From the NCBI GenBank assembly GCA_016748015.1, contig JAAOMT010000245.1:19941-83940 (forward strand): a stretch of 64,000 nucleotides of DNA, given 5' to 3'. Shown here piece by piece: positions 11,533 to 24,947 of this stretch. The notes beneath the pieces were generated by a model. The model was not told the DNA's origin, made no database searches, and saw only the letters and a list, made by a program, of their open reading frames with translations. The position numbers and the translations under genes are program-made. The stretch is from Geosiphon pyriformis uo1. Lineage: Eukaryota; Fungi; Glomeromycota. Each line of letters begins with the position of its first letter. The stretch's first letter is position 1.

Positions 11533-13000
11533 TTTTGAATTTGAAAAAAGCCATTTAGTTTTAACTTTAAAAATAAATATATTATTAAATCTATATTTAG
11601 TTAATATATAACTAACTTTTTTACATACAAAGCAAAAAAATAAATCTTAATAAATTTATTTTAAAAATAGAATTTCTAAAAATTAAAATAATATTTAGAG
11701 TTATTATTATATTATTTTTGGACTTAAAACAAATAATTATATATTTTATATATATCTATAATTGAATAATAATTTATTATATATGTTTTTTTACTAAATT
11801 TTAAAAGATCTTACAAATTATATATGATTATACTTATTAAGAAAATATAAAACAAAATTCAATTTATATTAGTTCTAATAACTTAAACTGTATTTTTTTA
11901 ATAAGAATTAATTAATTAAATACTTAAAAGTCTGTTTAATTTTAATTATCTAACTTAATCAATGCTTTTTATTATAGTTATATTAATTATATATTAATTG
12001 ATTTAATTATATTATATTTAAAAAATACAATATATAATTTTTACAAATATTTCTATAAAATTTTTTTTTAAAATTATAATCTGATTTGTATAATTATTTC
12101 TTAGCTTTTTAAAATTAATATTTATTATAATATTATTAGTTTTAATTAAATTTAATGTTTTTAATACAGATTTTTTTAATATAAATATAATATAAATAAT
12201 TTTATTAAATATTAAAGAAATAAAAACTCTTTTAAAACTACATATTTTTAAAAACAATTTTTTAACTAATTTTAATTTATCTTAAAATAAATTTCAATTA
12301 TTATTAAAATATTAATATTAAAAATAAATAACTTTTTAATTAAAATATTTATATTTTAATTATTATTAAGTAAATATGTATTACTATTCTTATTGTTTAA
12401 TTTAGCTTTTATATTAAAAACATATTAATACTGCTAAAAAGTCTAATTAAAAATACATTTCTTTTATTATCAAATTATTTAATATTTTTAACAAAAACTT
12501 TGTATTTTTAAGAGAAAATTTTTTTGTTAGTCTTTTTTTAAACATATTATTTCTTAAAACAATTGGTAGATTTACTATAAAAAAAATTTTTTCTTTAAAA
12601 ATTGTGAATAAAATAGCAAAGAATATATTATATATTATAATTAATATTAATAATACAAAATAATAAAAAATTAACAATATCAAAAAAATTACAATATATT
12701 TTTTAAAAAAATATGCTTTAAAAAATGTTAAAAAAAATTGTTTTTTGGTTATTTTGGTAATTTAATTATTAAAAATCTTAAAATAAAAATACTTTTAAAA
12801 AAAAACATTTTTACAATTTTTGTTTAACTATTTTTATAATTAAAAAACTTTTTAAGTTTTATTTTTAAAAATAATAAAAAATAATAACTGTTATTAAAAT
12901 TATTTTCTACATTTGAATAGGTTTAAAAATTTTAAAAAAATTTGAATAAATTTAATTATAATATAATGATAATAATAAATAAAATAAATGGAAATGAAAT
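11533..13000. other. AT desert between LINE A and the LRG1 promoter region
   Basis: Nearly devoid of G/C with no credible ORF; normal composition with CpGs returns at ~13020. Confidence 0.8.
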
Positions 13001-14048
13001 TCAATATTTTAATATCATAAGCTTAATTGTCTTACAGTCTTCATTGTCTCGTTTTATAGTCTATAGCCTGTAAATCGTTATTTTGTGACAAAAACGAGGA
13101 TTCATGACCTGTTACCACTTTAAATATCAGTCACACTCTGATAATCAATCACTAGTAGTTTTGCTCCTTTTATTATAATATTCGATTGTGTCCCTCTAAT
13201 CCAGGGATGAATTATATAACATTTTATTGTACAAGGAACAAATTTGTTCATCATTGTCGGATTCGAAAATAGTGCTCATCGTGGTTTGCATTTCTTGCTT
13301 GAGACGCGTGTATGTTCAGTTCCTCCATACTTGTACTCTCTGAAAACACAAGAATATTAAGATTAGAATACTCCATTCTTTTAGCAATATACTTACAGAA
13401 ACCAAGCGTTAGATGTTTACCATGGTTTTTCCTCTTTCTTAAGCTTTGCTTATGTATTTACATCCAGACTTCTGTAAGAGAATACATGAACTTGAGAATA
13501 CAAAATCCACTCGAAACTACAATTAAGGAATCCTAAAAGCGTTAACCTGCCCTTTTCGTCAAAAGTTAATTTATCATTTTCATAACAGATATAAATAAGA
13601 GATTTTTTGATTGACCGATTCGACGTTTTGAACACAAGATAATAATTCAATGAACCACAAGCTTTCTTCATAATAGACAAAAAGTCACAAGGAGAATACT
13701 GCTATAATTAGTACTCGCTGCCATATTTAGAGTATATTTTAACCCAACCGGGATATCTTGAAATAGAAAATATAAATTTTCATTGCAGGCTGTACATACT
13801 CTATGGTGAGACAAGGTGGCTAAGCGAACTTCTACTTGTAATAACCCATTTTCCTATTCACACTTTTCTTAAAACCATAATATCTACCTGCGATCGTTTT
13901 ACCGCCTTTGCGTTAAATGGTACCGTTCGTCAAACCATCGCTCAAAACTTAAAAAAAAAACTTCTAACTGACCCCAGACAACGGCCCTCGCCTTGACCGA
14001 AATAGTTCAAACCAACCTCAGTATTTATAGTTTTCAGGTTTTCAAAAA

Positions 14049-17000
14049 ATGCCAGATCCCAACGAAGTTTCTTCAGATGAATCGGCAAACCCAAATAAAG
14101 AGAGTGTAGCAACCTGTAGAATCTGTGACCTCACAATTGCAGGGCAGTCTGTAAGGGTTTTAGACGAAAATTTTCACTTGGAATGTTACAAATGTCAGGT
14201 AAACCAAACTTCTTTCATTTGAAGCTTGCTCCCTTAAAATTAATGTGTGTACTTTAAACTTAACTCATTTTAACCTAACTTTTTTAGGATTGTGGGGAGG
14301 CGGCAACAGCTCAATTTGTCACAGACGGTCCAGACGGTAAAAAAAACCTTCTTTGCGAACGTGACCATTTCCGAAGGTTGAACCTAGCAACGTGTACAAA
14401 ATGTGGCCTTAGGATTGTAGGGCAGTTTGTAAGGGCGTTAGGTGGAACTTTTCACTTGGAATGCTTCAAGTGCCAGGTAAACCAAAGTTCTTCTTTTTGA
14501 AACTTTTTTTTGCTTAAAAGTAACCCCGTAAACATTATTTTTCAACTTCAAAGTCAACTCTTTTACCTTGACGTTTCTAGGATTGTGGTGAGGTAGTAGC
14601 AGCTAAATTTTTTCAAATAGACGGCCCGGACGGTAAACAACACCCTCTTTGCGAACGTGACTATTTTCGAAGACTTAATCTCATCTGTGCAAAGTGCGGG
14701 GAAGCTCTTCGTGGCTCTTACATCACAGCACTCGAGAAAAAGTACCACATTGAACATTTTACCTGCTCAGTATGCCCAACCGTCTTTGGGCCTCACGATT
14801 CTTATTACGAACATGACGGGCAGGTTTATTGCCACTTTCATTACTCAACAAGATTTGCGGTCAAATGCACGGGCTGTCAGACTGCCATATTAAAGCAATT
14901 TGTGGAAATAAACCGTAATAGTATTGACGAGCATTGGCACCCAGAGTGTTACATGATTCATAAGGTATGTTCCTAATCTAATGGGTGGAATTTCGAATTT
15001 TTCTATTCCAGATTTTATAATTTATTTCATTATTTTTTTGCATAGTTTTGGAACGTGAAATTGGCATCACATATTGATGATACGTCAGATCAACGCCCAG
15101 GTATCAATTGATTGAAAAAACTTCTTTCTAAATTTGACTCGATATTTCATTAAAAAGAGTTCATTTGATAGAAAGTGAATCTACGATACCGGAGGAACTC
15201 AAAAAACAGCAAAAGTCCATGGAAGAAAAAGTTTACAATATATGGTCGGTTCTTTCGGTATTTGAAGAATCATCGGCTGCATGTATATCAGACATGTTGT
15301 TGCACGTTTCAAATGGATCCTATATTGATGGTGTAAAAATGGCAGAAAAATTTATAATGCATGTAGAAGTTCTCTTTACAGCTATTGATGAACTGGAATA
15401 TCACCTAAAGCAGGCTAGTGGAGAAGGTATGTTAAATATATAAAATTTTTAAATGCCAATGTTCAATAACTGAACGATCCTTCGATACACCTTGTTCTTG
15501 AAAGGGCTTCAACACAATAGGGAAGCCAAAATGCTTTGCAAGAAAATTGTCAACTTTTTCTCCCTATTGTCCCACACGCAGGAAACAGGCGTCAGACGAA
15601 TGGGCATTACCCAAGAATTGTTATCTTTAGTAACAGGATTGGCGCACTACTTGAAGGTTTTGATTAGAATTGCGTTGACCGGAGCTTTGAAATTGGTGAT
15701 TAATCATATAAATCTTTCATCAAAGCCTCTTAATTAGATAAGTCACTTGGTTTCTTATGAAATTAATCAATTGAAATTTATTATAAAAATAGGAGCGAGA
15801 TTACAATAACACGACCGCAATTAGTCGATTTTTGAATAAATTAGTTGAGCTTGCCAACAAAGAAAGTCGACAGCCACGAGAAAGTAGTATGGACAATGAA
15901 GTAACATCTGATCTTTGTCATGCATGTCGAGTCACTGTTGAAGAGGAATGCTTCAAATACGAACATTATCGCTGGCATAGTAGTTGCCTTAGGTGTTCCC
16001 GATCGGTCTGTGCACGTGAATTGCATTCATTTTACCGTGAAGCGAAATTTAATCGCTCGACGGAAAGGGCTTTTTGTCCTGGTTGTGCTTCAGAACCGGC
16101 GTCTACTGGATTTGAATATGTTACTCAACTCGGACAATATACATACTTGCTAAGAGTTGCATTGTCTCGACTTTATAATTTACTTCGGCGAAAAGGTTTG
16201 TTTTCAAATCTTTCTAGACGAAAGCAATTATTAATAAATTTTAAAATTTACCTTTTTTCTCTCAGATGACCTCAACTTATCTGATTATGAAGCAACTCGT
16301 GGACGTAGAGATAAAGAAGTTCCTCCTGGACTTACTCGTAAAGATACCAGGTCTAAGTCGTATTCTAGTGGTGACAAGCCTTTTGAATCTATCAACATTG
16401 GTGACATCAAACGTATGAAATCTGTACACTTGGATCGAAAGCTATCAACATCAGCAAAGTTCGCCCAAAGATCAAGGATAATAGAGCAAGAATCATTATC
16501 TGCATTAAATCCAGGGAACAATGATTCACTGCGAAATAATTTGATAAGAGCACCTTCTCAAAGACAATTAAAAATTGTCGAAGATAAAATACCTGATTCC
16601 CGTGAAGAGGATAATTTAGATTTTGAAAGGAGGCAAAAGGAGCCTATTACCTTGGCAGACATTTCTGTAATTGCAGCTGCTGAAATGGCTGCTGTTGAAG
16701 AGCAGGGAATCCTGGATAAAACCCCTAAAAACATGCGACGTATATCTAGAGCCAAGAGTTATCTATCCGAACTTTCTCATCTAGAATTCTTCATAGTCAA
16801 GCATGTTGCAGTTCTTGTTATGGAACAATACTTGAAGGATCATTACACTTTGGAGGAATTACTTGATTTAATTGGTTCAAAAAAGGCTACATTATGGAAC
16901 AAATTTGTGACAACTATTAAGCCATCAGAAAAAAAACCAGTCAAAAAGAAAGGTACAAGAACAACTGATCTTGATGTGATCTTCTCTTGATTTCAGGTAT

Positions 17001-18307
17001 CATTCTAACGATTGGCAGCACAATTCTATGGAAATTTTCAATGTATGAAATTCAACCATCATAAATAGGAACTTTTGGTGTCCCACTCGATGTTCTCGTT
17101 GAACGATATGGAGTTGATTCTGCTCTTGGGGCAGGTCCCGGTCGCATAAGAATACCCAGCTTTATCGATGATAGTATAGCTGCTATGAAAACAATGGGTA
17201 TAATTGAGTTAACCTTGTCTTTTTAATTGAATCTGGATTCAATTATTCACTTAAATTAAACACATTAAATAGACATGTCTGTTGAGGGAATATTTCGTAA
17301 AAACGGCAATATAAGACGACTAAAAGACCTTATCGAAGCTATTGACAGGAGTCCATCATCAGTGAACTTGTGTGAGGACAATCCTGTACAGGTTGCTGCT
17401 TTGATGAAGAAATTCTTGCGCGAACTTCCCGATCCATTGCTCACCTTTAAACTTCATAAATTATTCATCACATCTCAAAGTAAGCTTTTGAAATTAAAAT
17501 TTCAAAAATTTATGTCAAGTATTACTAAGCATATGTTTTATATTCAAAAATCATCATCACACATTATTTATCGTTTCTATTCCAGAGCTTGAAGATGAAG
17601 TCACAAGAAAGAAAATCTTACATCTTACTTGTTGTCTTTTGCCAACCGTTAATAGAGATACTATGGAAGTATTATTTATATTCTTTAAATGGGTCGCATC
17701 ATTTTCCCATGTCGATGAGGAAACAGGGAGTAAAATGGACTTGCATAATCTCGCCACTGTGATCACCCCCAATATTCTATATTCAAAATCAAAAGATCCC
17801 ACAAAAGATGATTCATTTTTGGCAATTGAGGCGGTCCATAGTCTCTTAAGATATCAGGATGAATTTTGGACAGTGAGTTCAATTTTTTCATTATGATATT
17901 TTTGATCAAACCTATTGCTTACAAAGATCCTTTTTTTTAAAAAGGTACCGGAAGATTTGGGAGCCATTTTGCACGATCAGGATTTGTTTACAAATCTTGA
18001 AGCTTTGACAACCAAAGATATTCTTAAAAGATGCGAAAATTTCGTGAATTTAAAGAAATCTCATTCATCAGCTGACATTCCTCATTCATCGGTCGACTTT
18101 CATATTGTCGATATTGCAGATCAAAAATCAGGAACTGCCGCAGAGGAAGGATACGTTTTAGCGGAACACGAGAATCCACCTATACAACAGCCAGCAATTG
18201 TGCATCATGGTAGCAATGAAAGTACCAGCGGAAATAGTATATACCCACCATCAACAAACTCCCTAGTCAATGAGACCTCTATACCAGTAGAGCAAAGAGC
18301 CTCTTGA
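14049..18307 (+). CDS. LRG1: LIM-domain Rho GTPase-activating protein (Lrg1/Rga1-like), 12 exons
   Basis: Exons 14049-14198, 14288-14476, 14581-14964, 15046-15100, 15172-15426, 15505-15695, 15793-16195, 16266-16952, 17069-17197, 17273-17479, 17586-17872, 17945-18307, all GT-AG and frame-consistent. N-terminal LIM domains, REAKMLCKKIV block, internal LIM, RhoGAP (GTFGVPL, VEGIFRKNG Arg finger, KMDLHNLATVITPNIL). Confidence 0.93.
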
Positions 18308-18999
18308 CAAAATTTTGGTAAAAGCTGGAAGACGGCAGATTTGAGGATCGGATGAGAATTCTTGGATCGATCACAGAGTCATTTTGTGCTGGCGCATTTT
18401 ACATATATTTTTTGTATTTATATTTAGAGCATTTTACTGTATGATTATATTCCTAGTTGCTCCTTTATACCATTCACTGCTACATCATTATAGTCACCCT
18501 CGTTTTTATTTATTCTGAAGTTTGATATATCTCCACGTTGGTCATCCCGTGTTATTTTCTTGAGCACGAAAATCACAAAACACATGATGAACAAAAATAT
18601 CCGAGGAATTTCCTTGGTGGGTTGAAAGGAGCATCAAAGAAAAAGGATCAGGGAATAATTGAAAAAATAATGCAGAACGGGCTTCTAGCTTTTTCACTCG
18701 TGTGATGGTGATAGTTATTTTTGGCAGACTTCATATTTTTAGCTTATTATAAATTATACGTAGATCCACACACAATAATCTATAAATATTCTAATAGATA
18801 ATTAATTTCTTTTGGTTGTTAACCAAAACGATACATTATGTCTTCATTAGAAAGATTACGATGCTCTCTAACAATGCCCATTTAAATTGCCAATGAAAAT
18901 ATTTGTTTAACAATGTTTATCAATAAGATAATCAGATTCAAAATTGCGAAAATAAAAATCCCACTTTTTTTTAAAGTTAATTTTGAAATGTTGATACAA

Positions 19000-20124
19000 T
19001 TACTATTATTACTTTTACCATTTTTGCTATTAAAAATACCAAGCTTATTTTTATATTCATGTTTTTAATCCAAAGCAATTTCAAATTAGAATAAACAAAG
19101 CTTGAAAATTGTGGCTATTTATTATAGTAAATTTTGCCAATTTGTTTTTAAATGTTTCTTTCATTTTGTAAAACTTGTATTTTTTTAATAAATTGTAATT
19201 AATATAATGCTTGATTATTACATAATTGTAATTTTAAATTATCTAAATATAATTATTTATTATTTATATAATACTTATTTGTTATATATATAAATTCTAT
19301 TGATTTATTATAACCAACTTAAATATTCAAATAAAAAAATATTATATAAATACAATAATTATAATTTATATAATATATTTTTTATTGTTGTATTTTTATA
19401 AAAAATTTTATTATTATTTTGTAAACTTTACATATTAAAAAAATTTCAAAATTAATTACAATTAATTAATTTTTTATGTTATAAACATTTAAAAATTATT
19501 TTTAAATTGATTAAAACTTTTAAACAAACTAATAGTTAAGTTAAAAATATATTAAATTTAAGTTTTTAAAAAAATAAAATGGTTTTCAATATTTATAATA
19601 GAAGTTATTTTAGTAGCCAAAAAAATATGATTAAATTTATTAAAAACATAATCTTTTTAACAATAAATTTTACAAATCAACAAAATTTTGTAATTTAAAT
19701 TTTAATAAGTTTAATCTAAATTTATATATTTTATTGGTAATAATATTAAAAAAATCAAAATTGTGTAACAACAAAAAAGCAATAATATTAATATAAGATA
19801 TTAAATTAATAATTTAATTTAAATATTAACAAAACTTAAAAAAAATTTTGACAAATTAAAATAAATAGTTTTATAATTAATAGCTAAGTAATTTAAAATT
19901 TAACATCTATAATAATATTAATATTTAAAAAAACCTAAAATATAAATTTTATACAAAAAACTTAATATATTAATAAAATTATATAAAAATTAAAATACAG
20001 TTTTAATATAAATTATTTTAATAAAAATTATTTTAATTTTAATAATTTTATTAAATATTAGAATAAAAATTATTTAATCAAAGAATTTTTGATAATTAAT
20101 AATTGTTTTTTAAATATTATTAAA
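19000..20124. other. AT desert between LRG1 and LINE B
   Basis: Extreme A/T bias, no credible ORF. Confidence 0.75.
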
Positions 20125-20270
20125 ACTAATGTTTTTTTATTTTTTTTTATTTGCTTTACAAGTGAGATCCAAACACTACCTAGTGCTATACATCAAAGAA
20201 ATGATCTAAACTAAGCATAAATCATGCACTTTCTACATGTGACCAGCCACTCAGACCAATCAGAACAATA

Positions 20271-23200
20271 CTATACAGCTATATAAACTGAAACTGAGTT
20301 ACTTATGCCTGAAAAAAACAAACAAGATTTGTGAAAGCCAAAACAAACACCAAAAACATTGGTAATACCAAGCAATTTGACCACCCCAGTTGACAACCCT
20401 AAGACCAATCCAGAAACTAAAACAAGAACCGAACCATCAAGAGAAATTAACACATTTTTTTCCATATAAGCACAATGTTTAGCACAAACTGATCAGACAT
20501 TACTCCTAAAAGCAAAACTAAGAGAGTGCACAAATTTAACAATCTCCAAACCAACAACCTTGGGATTATGAAAGATAGTAACCACCTTGTGAAACCAATC
20601 TTTAAAAATGAAACCTTTGTAAAGAGCTATGGACAAAAAGGAGTTAAAAACGCACAAAGACAACAGTTGTAGTATGTCCAAAGAAGAATGAGAGAAACCA
20701 AAAACTGCTTTCCAGGAGTCTACATGGGATTCCAACAACTGACATCGAACAAAATCATCAATCTTGTAAGAGAACACATGATCTGATGCCTCCACATCAC
20801 CATAATATAAGCATAACACACTTGGATATAATCTATTATAAAGACATTTCCGAATAACAACTGGCAGCCAGTGGTGCAAAGCCTTCATGAAATAAGTACA
20901 TGCATTAGCCAAAAGTCTGCTGGTAAAACCAGTGGCCATATGCAAGTTAGGATGTCAAATCAAAGATAAATGGAACCAGTCAACCTTAGAAAGCAAACTG
21001 CCTGCCAAAAACTTGGAATCAGAACCAACCTCTCAGTACACACAACAAACCAAACAATAAATATCATGGACAAAATGTCTGGAATTACCAGAAATCACAC
21101 CACCATTAGCTATTATGAAGTGTTTATCCAAACAAGAAAGAAGATACCAACTAGAGAAAGAAGTGTTACTAGCAATTGTGTCAGCATGCTCATTTACTGA
21201 AACACCAAAATGGCTTTTAATCTTATGCCAGCTAACTTTCAAATTCTTACTGTAAATAATATTGACAATATGATGATGTTTGACCCAACACTGATTACGA
21301 AAGTCAAGACACACTAGATTCACCTCTGACTTACAGGCATTCAGAGCAGATTGACTATCCAAAAACAATTTAATAGAGCTCAGTAGGGGAACACACTCCA
21401 GAGCCAGTGCAATAGTCTGCAACCCTGCCAAAGTAAACGACATTAAACCTGACATACCAATACCCAAACCCAAATCAATGTCCTCAAAAAAAGTGGCAGT
21501 GCTAGCTCTACAGCCAACTGTGCCCAGATTACTAAGGGACTTATCTGTATACACCAACAAACTGTTAGCACCAACTTGTAAGAGATGATTACAGACAGAA
21601 ACAAAATTACTAGATTCAAGAATGTTGAAAGAACTAACATTATTTAAAACTGAGGGATGAGTAAGAGAGAAACCTCTACCATCTAGAAATGCAATAGAAA
21701 GCTTGAACCATTTAGGAATATGGCCACAAAGGTCTAATTTTTTTTAATGCTTGAAGGTGTGCCAATCAAAGACAGAACCACGATGATCACAAAGTTGATC
21801 CACAAAGACAATACCATATCATCAGAGAGAAAAAAAAACCTGAGAAACTGTGACTTGTCCAGAACAGCAGACATAGGAACCCCACCACAAAACCAAAAGA
21901 GATTGGCCAAAAAGCCACCCAGGGACAAATTGTAATCAAGAAAAATATGAACCATGTCTGCCAGAAAGTTATTGAAAGCATTAACACGAATATACACAGG
22001 AGAACTTAATGGATGAACAGGGTACCAGCACAGAACTTGCAAGTTATGGGACTTGTAAGAGAACAAACAATCCAGGACGTCACCCAAGTTTGCAAAACTA
22101 ATAAAAGAGGCCACCTTGCTCTCAGACTGAACTTGAAAGAAAGATTTCAAACCATAAAAGAAAGAGTGATGAATTGTATCACTAGAAAAATTAAAAGATA
22201 GGCCAGATTTAAACTTCAAGCTCTTATGAATCAAAGCATCCCACTTGTTGCACATACTAATGGGAACAAAGCTGAACTGTGTTTTATAACTAACTATAGG
22301 ATGAAGAACTGCTAATACTAAATATAAGAACTGTTTATTTAAAACAAAACCAGATTGTTAAAAAAATAAATGTCCGAATTTGCCTTCATCAAACTAGGCT
22401 TTGAAAAACCTTCAGTTAAGAGAAAAATACCTAAATATTGATGAGATTCACATTTTTTGGCAATGGAAATTGGCAAGCCACTAATAGAAAGAGAAGAAAT
22501 GCTCACTCTGCTATTGATGGGAATGGCCACTGTTTTGTTATTATTGATAGAAATATCTTTTATCTGAAAAAATTCACTTGTAACATCAAAAATATGTTAA
22601 GTAGTCACCTGACTACTACCAACTCAAATTGTATCATCAACAAAAGTGTCAGCAGCAAAAAAAGAAGAGAGCCTAGCCCAAGACTTTGCACAACCATTTC
22701 TTGAAATAAAATAAGAACTTAACCTATAACCATACATGCTTTCCTGTCTCTTGACTTTGCATAGTAGAGGATCATAAAATATATGCCACAGAAGAGGAGA
22801 AAAGACCTCCTCTTGGTCCAAATTATCATGTACACAATAACTATCTGTCAACCCAAAGTCTGTCATCACCCTATTAGTACAATTCTTATAAATACTACCA
22901 AAAAACCAAATGAACCTGCCACACATCTTGATTCTGACCAAACTTTTCTCAAGATGTTCCCAGCTGACTGAATCATATGCTTTCCGCATATCCTGCAAAA
23001 CCAGCCAGAGCTTCCAATTTTTTTCCAATGCATTCTCAACCACAGATCCAATTGCAAAAATAAGAGACTGAATTGTTGTACCCTTTAAAACCAAAAAATT
23101 GTTCCCACAAAGAACATCAAAAGTGCCACATGCCAAAGAAATCCTATTAAAGAGTATCTTGAAAAGAATTTTATAAGCCATCTTGATCAAAGCAATAGGG

Positions 23201-24947
23201 CAGATATTTGTAAGAACACCTTCTCACTTATATGGTTTAGGAATCATTAAGACTCAAACCTCTTTTTAAGATCTGAGCACCAATTCGCAAGAAAGACAAA
23301 AGTTCAAAAGTACTAAAAGCATATCCAGAATTGACTTGTTACAATGTTTTCAAAGCTTGTTTGTGATACCCAAGAGACCAGCAGCTTTGCCATCAGGCAG
23401 ATCGAAAATCATATCAACAGCTCACTAAACTTTACTAAATACATTATACCAGAAAAAGCCTCATTAAAAACATAATCTAATGGCCAATATTGACAAAACC
23501 AAACATCAAAGACATCAGCAACCATACTATATTTTCTGGTCCATTCTTCCATAATAATGTTTATTTTAGATTTAACTGAATTGGACTCCAAAATAAGCTC
23601 ATTATTAACAACCAGATGGTCCAAAACCACTTTGCAAAAAAAACACTCCAAAACATTCCTGATAGTATGACTCTTATTTATCTCGAAGCTTTCCATCCTC
23701 CTATTTATAGCAGATCTAATGTTTGCTTCCTTAGCTGCCAGAGATTTAGCAAGCTTGAATGCACAATATGACTTTCTTATGCCAAAGAGAGCAAAATAAA
23801 CACGATTAAAGTTCACACCAGAGTCAATGAGATCCTGAACAACTGAGGTTTTAATACTGTCCAAAGAGTCTCAGCACTTTATAAGGGAGACAAAACCGAC
23901 ATTATTTCTTTCACGAAAGGCCTTGATAATTTTTGAAACCAAAAGCTCCAACCTGTGAAACTTTGAAGAAACTTTGGTAAACACACTGTCAAAATTCTTA
24001 AACCATTTCTTTCTAAATATCTCATTTGCTAAAAGAGTTATTATCCTGTGTAAAACATTCCACATGGCATCCAGATCTGAGAACTTGACAGCAGTAGCAA
24101 ACTCATCAGAGAACATCCCAGCATTGACTGATGTGGCATTTTTAAAATTTTCTCACTTATTGACATCAGCACTCTTGAAATCAAACTTCCAATGATTTTT
24201 ATTAGCCTGCTTATGAAAAGAGTTCAACTGAATATTCAGCAAACCACCCAGACCCACCAACACTGAAATGGCTTGATGATCAGTATCAAAGTGCTTACTA
24301 ACATCCATGATGCTGCAGTCTAAAACTGCATTAACCAAATTAGAAGAAACTAATATGTAATCAATTGTTTTTTTTACACCCCTCGAATTTTCTCACATGA
24401 AATTTTTTACAACCAAACTACCAACCAGAGAATTAACCAGTCCCAGATTGAGATATTTTTTAAAACTAGCACATTTCCACAAACCATTTTCATTGAAATC
24501 TTCACCCAGAATAATGAAAGAAGATTTATTTACAGTCTTTGCAATAGAAGAGTTGATATCACCAGTTTGAAAGAACCAAACTACAGAAGATGCACCAGCA
24601 TAGAGCCCCAAAATTGACACGGAAAATTTATTCTTGAAGAGCAGCTTAACAGACAGGAGCCAATCAGGTACTTTAGAAATTTTGCACACATGTTGTGCCA
24701 GAGAAATGTTTATGATAATTGTGACATCAGAACCCATATGACCAGAATCCAAACCAGAAGTAAAAACCTGGATGCTACTAAACTTGTTCATGATCCACGG
24801 ATGGATTTTATCATTTAACTTAGTTTCAGTAACAATAGAGATCAAATTGTTTATATTCTTATGCCAATAAATGATATTATTCTGCTTTGCAGGATTGTTC
24901 ATTTCCTTAACATTACAGGTAACAACTCTCCAAACTAATTTACTCAT
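20271..24947 (-). pseudogene. LINE B ORF2 (APE endonuclease, RT, RNase H, CCHC finger)
   Basis: MSKLVWRVVTCNV..ETKL..GEDFN; QDMRKAYDSV; ADTFVDDTI; VYTDKSL..LDSQ..KSHFGVSVNEHAD; CLYYGDVEASDHVF; many in-frame stops. Confidence 0.92.

Noticed and set aside
12018-12683. 79-aa and 78-aa ORFs in the AT desert
   Set aside because: I/K/N/F/L-rich low-complexity products expected from AT-rich DNA.
13312-13680. Short ORFs upstream of LRG1
   Set aside because: No recognisable motifs or splice support; likely promoter or intergenic DNA.
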